DNA of 64,000 nt from Lama glama (taxonomy: Eukaryota): the NCBI GenBank assembly GCA_028534125.1, contig CM052818.1, positions 29,576,001 through 29,640,000 on the forward strand. Reading direction: 5' to 3'. Positions 1 to 14,045 of the stretch are shown here, piece after piece. Position 1 is the first letter of the stretch. The number at the start of each line of letters is the position of its first letter. The position numbers were made by a program, and so were the translations under genes. The notes beneath the pieces are model-generated. The model ran no database searches and was not told where the DNA came from. It saw nothing but the letters and a program-made list of their open reading frames with translations.

Positions 1-402
1 GCTGCAGGCAGACCTCAGGGAGCACCGCTGGACGCTGCAGACACAGCACCAAGGACGCATCCTGGCTAGCTCACTATGGAAAGTATCTTATCAATGTAAA
101 CATGTCAGACATAGAACCATATCAAAAATTAGAGCAAGTATGTCTCAGAAATGGAGCCAACTTGCAGAAACAGAATTAGAGGCAGGTCACATCTGTCTCT
201 TCGGCAACATGCTGGAAAACCGCCTTTCCTCTGAATAAGGAACCATGTTGCTGTCTGGTTGCTTTAGGCACCGGTGTGGGTATTTCAAAACTAATTCTTG
301 AATTTTATCTACTAGGACACATTAAAGCCATCTACACAGAGCCAACTATTTCCAAACCACAATACAGTAACTCAGAAAGACGACTGGCAGGACCATACTC
401 AC
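1..402 (-). other. LTBP1: LTBP1 intron downstream of the exon (intron 4 equivalent, partial)
   Basis: Starts with the GTGAGT donor (actcac at 397-402 on +). Confidence 0.85.
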
Positions 403-572
403 ACTGAAAAGGTGCCGCCACGTGATCTTGCCCGTGTCTCAGAGGGAACGACCCTTCCGTAGACTGCTCCCCCGCCATCGCCTTCTGGGCAGCAAAGTAC
501 TTGGGCTTGAGCACATATTCCTGGGTCTGGCCACGATGAATCATCACATTCTGGGAGGACAGGGGTGTCACC
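403..572 (-). CDS. LTBP1: LTBP1 internal coding exon (long-isoform exon 4 equivalent), 170 bp
   Basis: Translation VTPLSSQNVMIHRGQTQEYVLKPKYFAAQKAMAGEQSTEGSFPLRHGQDHVAAPFQ closely resembles recalled human LTBP1 (VTPLSSQSVVIHHGQTQEYVLKPKYFPAQKGISGEQSTEGSFPLRYVQDQVAAPFQ). Acceptor tatttcttcccag|G at 573/572 and donor CAGT|gtgagt at 403/402. Enters in phase 2 and exits in phase 1. Confidence 0.95.
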
Positions 573-921
573 CTGGGAAGAAATACAGTAAAGATAAAGT
601 TAAAGATGGACTTTTAAAAGTCAATCAAGAAGGAAAGAGTAAGAGGTCACTTAAACTTAGAAAGGGGCATAAAGCTTCCATGCAAGGCTAATTTTTTCCT
701 TCATTAACTGTAGTCATGACATAGGAAGAACTAATTACTTACTCTCGGAAATCTCCAACATCAAGGGGACTCCACCTCGTCAAGAAGCCTGAGGACACAT
801 AGGCCACCACGTGGAGCCCATCAAAGGATTTACAGCACAGCTACCCTGAGTCCTCACGTAACACACGCAGAAGTTGTATTTAAGACAAAAACACCCACGA
901 ACAGGTAATGATATAAAAAAG

Positions 922-990
922 GTACTGAACCTCTCTGAGCCTCAGTTCCCTCATCTGTACTGTGTACTCTCTGCCACACAGGGCTAGGAA
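922..990 (+). mobile_element. MIR SINE core fragment
   Basis: aacctctctgagcctcagttccctcatctgta matches the MIR core. Confidence 0.65.
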
Positions 991-3900
991 AACAAATTCT
1001 TGTAAAAATCTCAACATAGAAAAACTGAAAACTTTCATAATTTTATAAAATATAAATGATGACGACTAGGAAAACACACATTCATCATTTATTGTAGTTA
1101 ACATTTATTTTAATATTTTTATGGACTATCTCATAAATGATAACTGTACCATTTAAGTTAAATGTTTCATAGTTACTAGTTCCTAAGAATAATAACCTAA
1201 GACGTAATTTTACCAATGACATGAGTCAAGACTTCTGAGGACTCTGGAACACGATTACTGTGTTTCCACCCTCCGGCTAGAACCCTTTTCTACGATGGTT
1301 CTCTTCTGCTGCATGCAGTGTATACTTTAAAATGAGCCTTCACCCAGGTTAAATCTCTCCCTGAGGGACAGAACTGAAGTCATTCACTAAGACAAATAAT
1401 AAACAAAGATATACCAACTAATTCTGGAAAAGGTAAACTTGCTACTAAAATTGTTAGGAAAGAGCATTTTAGCAGCAAATTGAGCCTTTGGAAGGAAACT
1501 TGCTCTCTGGTGTCATCTTGAATGTCACTGACTGTGACACATTAAAGCCTTGTGAACCAAACAAAGCATTTCCAAACTACCACAGTGTAACCTGGGGAAA
1601 TGGTTGACTGGGCTCTACTCACGCTAATAAGGTGCCACAAAGCCCCGAAGACTGGCCCTGATAAGGGACTATCTGAACAAGAGGAAGAAATGACACCACC
1701 ACTGGTCACTGTGAAAGGTAAAATTGTCAAGCCACCAAACACACCCACATGGTGTCTCATCAAAAGCAGGAACAGAGTCTCGAAGAAACCCAGCCTACTG
1801 GGTTTTCAGTTGGGACTCGTGAGCTACTGTGTGGACAAGGCATCCATGAGAGACACAGGAACAGAAGAGGCTGGGATTAAGGGTGCTCCCCTCTTAACCA
1901 GTTAGTGACCTAAATCTATCACTTTCAACCCTGCAGTCTCAGGAAAGCCTAGGAAACGATCCTGTGCCTAGATTTTCTCAGACGCAATGCCATGGGAGGC
2001 CATTCTTTCGTTATTGGATGAATGGCTTAAGTTACTAAAAGCCTAAGGCTTAACGTTGTAAACACTTTTGTTTTGATGATGTAAGTGTTGGTTTGAGCTT
2101 TAAGTGCGTTTGATTGGGATGGAGTAGAAAATGGGACCAGCTGGACACATCTGGTGGTGATGGAAAAGAACCATCAGGCTACTCTGTCAGCCTCGTGGAA
2201 AGAGGAAGCTCTCCTTCCCATCTCAGGGGCACCTCGCTCCTCAGCTATGCTGTCAACCCTGTCACCAGACGGCTGGGACCTGCTGAGAGACGTACAGGCT
2301 CACTCCTGTTCAAAGGAGCACAGCTAGTGCTCCGAGAGACCCTGGAGCTGAGGCAACTAATTCCCGCTCTGACTACGCCACATAAGGGCGAATATGGGGT
2401 CTGCCTTCTGGTTGAGGTCCTCCCTTTCTCTCCCCTCTGAACCAAGGAAGTGGGAGGCAGCAGGAAATGCGCTCACAGTACACGTATGCATGGGCTTCTT
2501 TTCCCAAAACTTAACAGAAGGGTAATGAATAAATAGGACAGCTGCACCAGGGCTAGAACGTGAGGAACAAGCCTCAGCCATTACCAACTGCAGGCAGTGA
2601 GTAACGGTCCTGAAGCCTCACTGCCGTCTATCCTGCAAGGGACCCACACACAGCAAATGTGAGAATACACACAGCTGGGCCTCCTCTCCCCCACCTCCTT
2701 CACTCTCCTCCAACGCCAGGATCTGAATAAACACATGTACTCACAAAGACACACACACATGAACAGACAGCCACTCTGTCTCATGTCTCATGAAGAAGCA
2801 AAGTCGTAAGTGACACCACATGGGGCAAGTAGAGGCAACTGTCCCCTCACTCGTCCCACGAACAGGCATCAAGTGTCATCACCATCCTCCTGTCCTCTCA
2901 CTTCCTCCTTCACGGTTGGTATTTGCCTTTTCCTCTAAGTTCATCCTTCAGAGTTATTTCCACTTTGGATCACCTCTCAGCCTACAAATAGATACCCTCT
3001 TCAACGCTTCTTTTTCTTCTCTCTTACCCAAGCATCTCAAGTATTTTCAATCTCCAAGGGGAGAAAAAAATAATCTCCTTTCAGTTAGGATTTTCTCTGC
3101 TCTTCCCGTGCTCCCTTTGAGAAAAAAAGATTAATGATCAATAGCATTATAATTAATTTTTAATGGAAAAGTAAGATGTTTAGAGAAAATTAGATTAAAA
3201 TAAAAATTAGAGGGCCTCTGATTCAAAACGGATTTGGGGCACCTATACATTTTCCCTTCCTCCAAAGAAGGCCTAAAAATTATAGGTAAGGGGAAAAAAA
3301 AAAAGAAAGAAAGAAATCCAGAGTTGACAGTTGGCTGTTATGCAACAGGACAGCCACACTCATCATTAAAATACTGAAATACTCTGTTATGACAAAGATC
3401 CACTGTCCCAAGCCCCTTAGTGTTCCTCTCTCCCTCCATTGGATTCCCCAAGATAACCACTCAACCCCATAAGTAAGAAATCCACATTTGGCAGAGCTGA
3501 AGACCCTGGGGTCTCTGCTCCAGCATCCTTTCCGATGTGTGGCACAGGTACTGACCAAGGACGCTACATGTGCTTCATGTAGCTTATCATGTAGCTGCTT
3601 CACTCATTATCACACACATGAAACATTCAACAAATCCATAAGAGATCAACGCAGACTGAGAAATGCTGACTGCTGTAGCAGCATGGAGTGAGCCATGCCT
3701 GAATGTTTTAACTTCTTTTATCTCAGCCTAGAGTAAGTACATATACATGGAGATACAGTATACATCCATATGTATGTTTGTTTTTCTATATAGTTAAGTA
3801 TTACTAAACTGTATTTATCCTTACTATGCAAAGGACACTGATACTCTCTTTTTTTTAAAACAACAATCTTGAATGATTACATTCATGTCATGACTTCCTG

Positions 3901-4378
3901 ACTCCCTAATGGGTCAGGACACTGGTCGAAAATCACTCTGTGAGTAAAGGCACAGAGGAAGCCATGTCCTCAGGAGACCACAGAGAGGTTCTGGATGCTG
4001 AAACCAAGGAAAGCACAGGGTGATAATGTCTTCACTAAAAAGGCTACATATGAAAGCAACTGTTCTCCCCAATTCTAGCAAAGAGAACATCCAAAGTCAG
4101 GCTTCTACCCCCAACAGGGGGGAAAAAAAAAAAGAGTATTCTTCTCTAGAAGAATGGAACTATGTGGTATAAACCACAAAACTTACTCCCCAAGAATAAT
4201 GCTCTCTCATTCTAATACATTGGGTTCCCCTAGCTTCAGGACTGGTTTCCCATATTTCCCCCAAAAAGGAAGGTTGTTAGGCAACCAGGAAGCCAAGAAG
4301 CTCCATGAGAATGAGCCTAGGGGAAAAAGGGGAGTCAGAAGAATGGAAAACATGACTGAGATGTTGGAGAAACTTGAC

Positions 4379-4409
4379 TGTGCGTGTGTGTGTGTGTGTG
4401 TGTGTGTGC
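4379..4409. repeat. (TG)n microsatellite
   Basis: Visible TG dinucleotide run. Confidence 0.9.
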
Positions 4410-6321
4410 ATGCAATTGCTGGAATGGAAAAAGGGAAAATTCATTCCAGTGAGATGCTATGAACACACTACTTCAAAAAGCACAGAAACAGACACAGGTG
4501 GAGGGAGCAACCCAACGCCCTGTACTTGGCTTGGCATCGAGTGGAACACCCACAGACAACACTGTGAAGCCTCTAACCACTAGACACCAGCCATGTGACC
4601 AACTCAGGTGATATCAATGTACAGAATTAGCTGGAGGCGGCTGGCAAATTCTGGAAGAGGAAGGGGAGAAGTGGAGGGAAGAGAGGCTGGGCCACTGCCC
4701 TCATCTTACAAAATGGAGGGTCATGAGAGAACATGGACAACCTTGAGAGGTGAGATTGATACAGGAAGCAGCAGAGGTTTCAGTGTGTGGGTGGAGTTTG
4801 CAGAAGCAGTGAAACTCTGAATAGTAATGATGGAGAGGGAAGGTTGGGGAGCAGGAGGTGAAATGAGTAAGCTGAGTCTTCATCTCCTATGGCAAAAAGT
4901 CTTCAGACAACATCCAAAGGGAATAAATCTAGAACTGGCTAGAAGTCACTACCAGTAGGAGTAACAGGACTTGAAGATTCAGTTAAGGGGTGAGAGGGGT
5001 GGTGAACAAAAGGAAAAAGAGTCAAACGATGATGAAGGTTTCCAGCCTGGTTGACCAGAAGGGTATTTTGGGTTCAAGGCCAAGGGGAAAAGTAAAAGCA
5101 AAGAGGAAGGCTGAGTTAAAAGAGGTCAGAAGAAAGGGCCAGTGTGTGAGGAAGACCATTATGTTAGTTTTAGAGACAGCAATGAGGGGTGGATCTCCGG
5201 GGAGCAGATAACAAAAGCCTCTGGGTTTAGGAATAGTGATGTGCTAAGAGGGGCCAACTTCTTTCAAAGGCAAACATGTTTCAGAAAAAAATATGGAACC
5301 ACAGAGTCTTAGAGGGCAGTCACATTCAGTGGTGGGGACACAAAGAGAAAATGGGAAGAAAAAAAATCAGGAGATAAAAACAAGAATAACATAGATCCAG
5401 AATTGTTAAGTAGAAGAGAGTTTCTAGGTGGAGAGGAGACTGAACCACCAGAAAATTGCTGCAGAAAAACCAAGAAAATCAACAACTGGAAAAGGCCATG
5501 GAGCTGGGTTGTAGGTCCCCGGCCCCGACAACAGTGCTGTTTCAGTAATGATAGGACCGGGGTTATGTCAGGTGGGACAGCTGATAGGTGGTTTACTGGT
5601 GACACGTGGAAGAACAGAAATGCAGGCCAGAAGTCAGGGGTAGGGCCGGCCATCTGAAGACTCGAATCTGTAGAAACCTCTGTATCTTTGTAAGCAGAGG
5701 GGAAACAATTACATAAAACTTCTTTCCCTAAAAGAAAAGATTAGTCACACACTGTTTACACTTCTTCCTTCATAGTGGCAATTTTTGGCACAAGAATGGA
5801 CTAAAGTTTTCCATATTTCTACTAAATCCATTATTTGACCTGTGGAGCGGGTGGGAGGATCTGGCAGCACACGAGCCCTTTTCCACGTAGGAAAAGGGCT
5901 TTGGACCTCACAGGAGGGAGCCTCCAACAGGCCATAAAACGTTTCCCACAGAAGGCCAGTCTGACATGAGTGAGCCCTTTCCACTATGATCAGGGCACTC
6001 AGGTTTGTAATGAGGACAGGGAAGAACCAGGAGAGGAAACAGTGCTGCAGGAAGAAGCCATGGAGAAGTCACCTCCAGTCTTTTGGGGCCTGTTTCTCTT
6101 TGCAAAATTCAAGAGATCATGTGTGCCCCGGTCGTGTGCCAAATTGCTCAAAATTGTGGGCGAATGCTTCTCAACGAAAAGAACACACCAAACTAAATAG
6201 GAAGAGCAAGCTATGACTGGATGGAGAAAAGCTCTTTCCTGCAAAGTTCAAGGACAACGTGCACTTAGGGAAGGGCAAAGAAAAGCAAATGGGAAGAGGT
6301 CACAGGGCAGCATCACTCACT

Positions 6322-6341
6322 CACACACACACACACACACA
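6322..6341. repeat. (CA)n microsatellite
   Basis: Visible CA run. Confidence 0.85.
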
Positions 6342-6754
6342 AGGGGAGACAAGTGTTTGCCCCACTCCTAGAAAATTATCTATCAGATCAAACAAGAATG
6401 AGGAGGTGAAAAGGCCACTGATGAGGAGACCCAAGGGCAGCACAGACTTCCAGTAACAGAGTGAGTGAGGGCTGCAGCGTGCCAGAATCAACACAGAGGC
6501 AGCAAAACGAAACAAGCGAGCACCATCATCAGAACAGGAGAAGTGGAAAGATTACACTGAAAACATCAACGGAGGGGGCAAGCAAAGAAAAAGTCTTAGA
6601 CTTCAAGTGAGATGAAAAGGACAATAGGGACTGAAAAAAATAAAATTAAGGGAGATAGATACTGGGGGGAGAGACGTGGGAACTGAGGGGGCTTTGTGGT
6701 CATCATGAATAAACACGGTAAACACACCCAAGTGGAACTAATTTTCTTTTACAC

Positions 6755-6976
6755 CAGTGGTTCTTAACTAGGGGTGGTTTTGCCCCTCTCCCCCTCGGAC
6801 ACTTGGTATGGTATCTGGAGACAGTTTCAGGTATCAGGACTTGGAAGTAAGGTGTTCTTATCTAGTGAGTAGAAGCCAGGGATGCTACTAAAATTCTGTG
6901 ATGTGCAGGACTGTCTTTTCACAAGAAGAAATTACCTGGCTGAAAATGTCAACAGTTCTGAGACTGAGAAACACTG
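6755..6976 (+). mobile_element. MER20 hAT-Charlie MITE
   Basis: TIR-like ends cagtggttctt...gagaaacactg. Internal tctggagaca, gtagaagccagggatgcta and aatgtcaacagt are typical of MER20. Length ~220 bp. Confidence 0.8.
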
Positions 6977-7714
6977 CTGTCAGCATGTCCTACTACCACC
7001 AGTTACAGTGACCACATGAGTAAAGAGCCAGTGGCCTCTGGAGGAGCAATGGAGAAGTCCACAGAAATGCTGGGGCCAGACTCGACAATGAAGAAATGGA
7101 TAAACAACACACAACCCCCTCATGTGTCTTTTGGAAGTTACACTCAGACAGAAGGTGGCCCCTGAACTCAAGTTGCCTGGGCAGCCATCTACAAGGGATG
7201 CTAGAATATCATTAAAAACGTAATGAGATGGCAACAACAACAGCAAAATGACAGTTTTTACTAAGGTTCCTCTCTAGGGAAGGTGAGTCCCATCAACTGT
7301 GGTTTTGGTTCTGCCAAGCAGATCACATGTATTTGGGGCCTAACACAAGTTGTCTGGAGTGAAGGAGAAAGGCTGAGAGCTGCACCAACAATTCTCCACA
7401 CCCACTCTTCCCTCTCACGGTCGGCACGCTCTCCTCTAGACAAGTGCCTGACCTAAAGACACTCCCAGAGGCACCCCATGTCTTGGAACAGCCCTCGTTA
7501 AGAGAGAGTCCTCTGGACCTGACTACATGAAAACATTCAAGGAATTCTCCAACCCCCCTAATCCCACGTTCCTAGGGGAGAGGGGGCTGCAATAAAGGAG
7601 CTGCAAGGAGAGGTGACTCTAAGAAACAGGGTGAGCAAAGCTTCCTTGTGGAAAGTTTAATAAAATTATCCTAACATCTGGAAGATAAAAAATGAACTGG
7701 ACTGAAATTAAGTG

Positions 7715-8860
7715 CTTGAAAAAATGCAAATGGTCAAAACAACTCAATTAAAAGTCAAAGATCATCAGACAAGACAAAAAGCAAGACCCAACTGTACGCA
7801 GCTTACAACAAACCCACTTTAAAAAGACGAACATCGGTTAAAAGTAAAAGGATGAAAAAAGATGTAATATGTTAACATTCATCTGAAAAATACAGCTGCT
7901 GCAGCTAGGTTAGTAAGAGGCAGAGTAGATTTCAAGCAAAGACTATTATCAGGAACAAAAAGCATCACTTCCTAAGGGTGAGGGTCAATTCATCAAGAGG
8001 ACATACGACTCCTAAACAGTTGTGAAGTTAAGTAACAGAGCTTCAAAATATGTGAAGCAAAAAACTTAAATTAAAACAAAAAATTTGTGGGAAATAGAAA
8101 TAGATAAACCTTTTTAGTTATCACTGCAGGCTCAACACCTCTCAATAACCTACAGAACAAGTACACAAGAAATCAGTAAGGATACAGAAAGCGAGTAACA
8201 CAATGAACTTAATCTAACTGACATTCATGGAACACTCTACCCAACAGCAGAATTCATGTCTTTCAAGTGCATACAGACTATTGACCAAGATGAACCATAT
8301 CCAGGGCCCTATAAAAAGTTTCAGTAACATTTTAAAGGATGTGAGTCACACAAATTATGTTCTCTGGCCGTAAGAGAATTAAATTAGAAATCAGTAATGG
8401 AAAGATCTTTAGAAAATGCTCCAGATAGTTATAAGCTAAAAAACAAACTTCAAAATAACCAATGGATCAAAGAAGAAATCAAAAGGGAAATTATAAAGTA
8501 TTTTGAACTCAATGAAAATGAAAACACAACCTATTCAAATTTATGAGATGCTGTCTAAATCACTAGCAAGGAGCAAATTTGTAGTGTTAAATACCTATAT
8601 TAGAGAAGAAGGTCTCAAATCAATGACCTCAACTTCCACACAAAGGAACAAGGAGAAAAAAATTAAACCCAAAATAAAACGAAACAAAGATCAGAGCAGA
8701 AATTAGTGAAATTGGGGAGAAAAGTTAGTGAAAGCTGTTTTTTTTTTTTTTTGAGAAGATCAGTAAAACCAATAAATTTCTGGATAAACAAAAAGAGAAA
8801 GAAGACAAGTTATCAGTATCAGGAATGAGAGGTGACATCACTACAGACCCAGAAGGTCAA
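7715..8860 (+). mobile_element. Old L1 (L1M) ORF2 endonuclease-region fragment, decayed
   Basis: A-rich L1 ORF2 5' motifs (caagacccaactgta, tcaattcatcaagagga, aaattagaaatcagta, tggatcaaagaagaaatcaaaaggg, gacatcactacagacc) with many stops. Confidence 0.8.
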
Positions 8861-10274
8861 AAGGTCTAACAGAGCAGTTTGAAGAACTTCCCCATTATCA
8901 GATAACGGTCTCAAGGATGTATTAAGAGCCCTTATCTTTTACGGATACAAGCTGAAATATTTACGAATTGGCTTCAAAATTATCAGAGGGAGGAGAGGAA
9001 TGGGCAGAGTATAAATGAACACGGTTGGCTCTGAACGGGTAATTAGGAAAGCTGGAGGATGGATACTTTGGGGTTTCTTTGTACTATTCCGTTTTTTATG
9101 TGTTTAAACCATTCTGCAAGAGTTTACAAGATACAAATGAAATTATCTAATTTTTAAAGCCTTATCAAATGAGATCATCTATTTACAAGTACTCTTAAAA
9201 GTAGAAAACATCAATAAAACTGGAAGGAAAAAATAAAGTAGAAAACGTTCCATTCGTGTAAGATGGCAATATTACTTAGTATTCACAAAAAGAAAAAAGA
9301 AAACAAATAGCAAGAGGAAAAAAAGAGTGAAAGACAAAGAAATTCCAGCACTGCACATTCTCTGCTATTTTCTTCTATTTCTAATAATCAAAGCTACATG
9401 CTAATGAGCCAGATATCCTATCTGCAAAGGATGATGTAATATCTTTCAAAAGTTTCAAAAGAACTGTTTCAAAAACAGTTCAAAAACTCTGAAAATCACA
9501 GATAACTAAACTTAGTTCAAGATTTTCATGATTTATTCAGCAAGTAATCATGGAAGGAAATATTGTTAAAAACCAAACTCCTTGGTTTTGTCAAAAATGA
9601 GTTGCTACATTTGGTTACTTGGGACAGCATCCCTGAACACAAATTAAAAGAAATTGTTGCCATCTCCTATTTATCTAAAGTAAGAGAGGCCAGAGAAAAA
9701 TCTAACTAAATGTAACCCAAGAAAATTGCAAAATGTAAACAATAATTAAGACATCTACCCTACCAGGGAAGTGTCAACTGCAAGGCCTTTTAATCAAATT
9801 CTAGGAACCAAATCCTCACTCTACCACTTACCATGGGAAGGAAGGGGAGAATTCTCTCAATTTCCTCATTGCAATATTAGGGTAATGATATCCATCCCAA
9901 AACGTTAATATAAAGACAAACGTGAAATGGAATTATTTTCAGTGTGTGAAAATACCCAGAACAACTCCTAATGCACACACACACGCAGCTGTTAAATTTC
10001 TTTTGCTCCCCTCCACCAATTAGGTGGATGACACAGGCATAGATTTTACCCCTCTGATAATCCTAGAGTTCATACTCAGAGATTACCCAAAGGTATAGTT
10101 AAAAGCAATGCTTGTTTCAAAAAAAAAGTTACAGAAAGAAATTCTGAAGTTAATCTGTAAATAGTGAGTCTGGAATTTAAGTCCCATTCAGAAGCTCTAG
10201 GGTCAATTACTCACACCTACGAGTGAAAGCCCTCCATGAGTCTTCAACAGAGTCAGGGAACCTAGCACCACAGC

Positions 10275-11035
10275 CACTATGACATACAGTTTGCACTTCC
10301 TCTAAAAGCTAAAGGGAGAGTTACCATATAGTCGAGCAATTCCACTCCCAAGTATATGTCCCCGAAGAGCTGAAAAGAGGGACTTGAACAGATACATGTA
10401 CCCCAATGTTTACTGCAGCATCATTCATAACAGGTGAAAGGCAGAAACCATCCAAGGCATGTTCTTTGACAGATAAATGGATTAAAAAAAAAAAGTGACA
10501 CAAACACAATGGAATATTACTCGACCATGAAAAGGAAAGTTGTGATACATGCTACAACCTGGAAGAAACTTGAAAACATGACATGAAGTGAAATAAGCCA
10601 GATACACAATAAATTTTGTATGATTTCACTTAAGTGAGGTACCTAGAATAGGCAAATACAGAGAAACACAAGTAGAATGTAGGTTATCAAAATAGTGGGA
10701 GAGTTAGAGTTTAATAGGCAGTACAGAGTTTCTGTTTGGGGTGATGAAAACTTTTGGAAACATAGTGGTGATGAGTGCACAACAGCATGAACGTAATTAA
10801 TGACAATGACTTGTATACTTAAGGTTAAAACACACAGGTAAGTCTATTCAGTATCTTGTAGTAATCTATAATGAAAAAGAATATGAAAAGGAATATATGT
10901 ATGTCTGAAACATTATGATGTATGCCAGAAACTGACACAACACTGTAAACTGACTATACATCAATACAAAATAAAATTTTTTAAAAGGTTGAAATGCAAA
11001 TTTTGCTATATATATTTTACCACAATATTTTTTAA
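10275..11035 (+). mobile_element. L1MA/MB-type 3' end (ORF2 end + 3'UTR), interrupted by a younger L1 tail
   Basis: gcaattccactcc, ccccaatgtttactgcagcatcattc, acaatggaatattac and cagagtttctgtttggggtgatgaaa...ttttaccacaat. Confidence 0.85.
10831..10984 (+). mobile_element. 5'-truncated younger L1 3' tail (camelid/artiodactyl type) with TSD
   Basis: Ends actgacacaacactgtaaactgactata...A-rich tail. Flanked by aaggttaaaa (10821-10830) and aaggttgaaa (10985-10994). Confidence 0.8.
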
Positions 11036-14000
11036 AATCTGCATTAAAAACAGGCTCCAGATTCTTTAAAAAAAAATCCAAAACTAAACAAAAATCAGCT
11101 TGGCAGTGAAAGGAGGGGAAAGGCAGGTTTCTTATCTTCCTGTTACCCATCTTTCGGTATTTCTGGATGATACAATGCAAGGCTTGTTCATCTCAGCCAA
11201 TTCCAAATACATTTTTGTCTCCTTTTAGCCAACCATTTAAGATGCTAATTTTACAGTAATAATCAAGTAGATGGTTCTGTCCCCAATATTATCATTTCCA
11301 TTTTTTTCCTCCTGCTTTCTAACACTCTTCACTTTGATAGCTGCTCCTTAAACCACACAATGAGATTTCAGCCTCTGCTCCCGTAACGTTCCATTCTCCA
11401 CGACACTGTAAGGAATTAATGTCTAGTCTGCCATAAGTGCGAAATAACCTCTATCCACTTGTCTGGGAAGCCTTTCATACCTAACTTTGCTCATTCTCTA
11501 AATTCTTTTCCCAGAGCATTTTTGTAGCTGTTGTAGCTACGTGAATTTTTAGTGAACTCTCCATCCTGGACCCTAATGGCAGCTGGAAGAGACATCTGTG
11601 GTTTTTGGTTTTGGAAGTGAACTTTGTACACTCCCTTCTCATGACCTGTAAACCTGGAAAAATGGGAAAGACAGTGGGAACCTGTCAGACAAGCTGTTCT
11701 ACAACCTCCCCTCTTCCTAGTCCGCATCTTCCTTACATTAAGCTCTGAGACAGGCAGTGAGAGAGTCAAGGATGGATACAGTGGTACCCAGATCCAAGAG
11801 CTCACTTCTGCAGGTCAGGGCATCCACAGAACCCAAGATGAAGTAAGGATAAACAACACTGAATTGGATCTGGGAATTCAAACCATACTTCTGCCTGTGC
11901 CACTGAATCTTTGAAAGCTGTGAGTCAAATTCCTCATTTATAAGGTGTAAGGATCAAAGTCCCCCAGCTCTGAAATTCAAGCACATCAAGGACTGTAGCT
12001 CCAGAACTGATCTCTAGTCACATTAAAAGAGTACTTCATAGAGGAAACTATTTTTTAATGTAGTGTTCATGTAAATATCTGTTCGGAGTGGGAAGAGACT
12101 CCCTCAGGGTTTTATTTCCCCACATTCAAACTAAATAAAATAAAAAGGGAGAAGTCTTTTGATTTTTAAGGTGAATGCAATAAACTGTGTTTTTCTCAAA
12201 TGGCCTTGTTTTTTTCTATTACAATTGCTGCTAAACTAGGTCACCTAAGTAATAAATATTGAAAGCATTTAACCAAATTCAAACATCTGTTCCATTCCTC
12301 TTTCAGGGTTTGGTCCAGCTGAAATAAAATATCCACTGCCCTACAGGACCTGCAAGACCCACACAGCTGGAAATGCTGGGTTTTCCTTAAAGCCAGCACT
12401 ATCCAGTGAAAAAACATGGCTGATTTCAATATGTCTGAAGCGCAATGAGTACAAAACTATATGAGAAGCAGCAAAATCTGGTCAAGCAAATCTTGCCACG
12501 TAGGATAGTCCCATAGTAGGATGATAGGGCTCCTAACAAACTTTGGTGGGTGCGTGCCCCAAGCATGCCTGGCGTGGCAGGTCTCTTCAGAGAACACGGT
12601 GAAGGCGGTGCCTCTTCACCTTCTGGATACACAAGGCCAGATTTGCTCTCCCAGTAGTTGCCTTATTTGGCACTGGAATTTCTAAGCAAATTATTCAAAT
12701 TTCACTTTGGGAAAAATTATATTAACTTTCAAAAACAGAAATGGTGTATAAGAAGACACAAATACAGTTAATTATGAAATAAGAGATAAGAAAGGGTATC
12801 TGCAACACACGTGGAAAGTAAGGGTATTAGATAGAAAGGTCTCTTACAAATTGATGATAAAGCAACTGGGTAACCCAATGAGAACAAAATCCAATAAGAA
12901 AATGGGTCAAGGGCGGGACCAAGATGGTGGAGTAGAAGGACACTTGTAGCTCACCCTCTCCCACAAATACACCAAAACTCACATCCGCGGACCCACCCAG
13001 CCAACCAGAGCACCTGCTGAACTCCAACAGAACATCGCCCTCTTCAAAAGACAAAGATAACACGAATCTGGTAGGAGAAAAGGAAACTAGAAAGAAGAAA
13101 AAGCAAAACAGTGTGGGGCTGGTCCTGTGGGGAGGGAGCCTCAAAGGAGGAATGGCGCTCGTTCGCTGAATCCCCCTCTCCAACAGAGAGGCCAGTGGGA
13201 CAGATGGGAACCTCCAAGGCTCAGATCTGTACGGGGCAGCCCTTGACTGACAGAACCAAGTTAAACCGGCACAAGGGGTCCCTGCGACACCCAGCCAGCA
13301 GCTGGGGGCCAGGACAGGCTGCCCAAGCCGGGCAGAGGATTGGGGCAACTGCACGGAGGCAGCCCCAGGGGACTGCAGGGTGCTGCGTGCTGTGGCTGGG
13401 AGGGGATACAGAGCAGAACAACCTGGGCCCCCCATCAATTATGAAAAAAAAAGCAAAGCAACACTGCTGGTGTGCCCTGGGGGGGAGGGGTGCCATAGCC
13501 TTTGTCTCCTCAGACCCAAGGCACCATTAGTGGCGCATCTTGTGAGAAGAGAGGCAGTGCCCAGCCACAGCCACCATCTCCTCCTGTGTGCAGCGCCCGG
13601 GCAGGGGCCTGCCAAGACCTGAATCTGCACATGAGGGCTCCGCAACCTCCTAGGTGCCAAGACAAGCAAGGAGCTGAGTTTAGGCATGGAGCAGGGGTGG
13701 GGCTGTTTCGAGGTCTTCCCCGAGGCCACCTAAGGAGTGCGGACCTGAGATGCAGCAGGCAGCTGCACAGAGCAGCGGATCTACCAGCACTGGGAGAGGG
13801 CAAGCCGCCACCCACCTTCCTGGCAGGAACACAGCACCTAACCGCGGTGCTGGGAGGGGGAGCAATCTGCTAGCTGACAGGCACTGGGAGCAGCATAGAC
13901 GAGGATGCCAACCGAGGGCCTCTGGAAACAGCAAGCTGAGTTCGCAAAACAGGGCGAAGACAGACAGACTTCTCGACAAAATCATTAAGAGCGCAGTCTT

Positions 14001-14045
14001 CAGCGTAACACATCCTTTTTTTTTTTTCCCCCAAATCTTTTTTAT

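Noticed and set aside
332..402. Read-through extension of the exon ORF (CEYGPASRL...)
   Set aside because: LTBP1 similarity stops at the canonical GTGAGT donor, so the extension is intronic.
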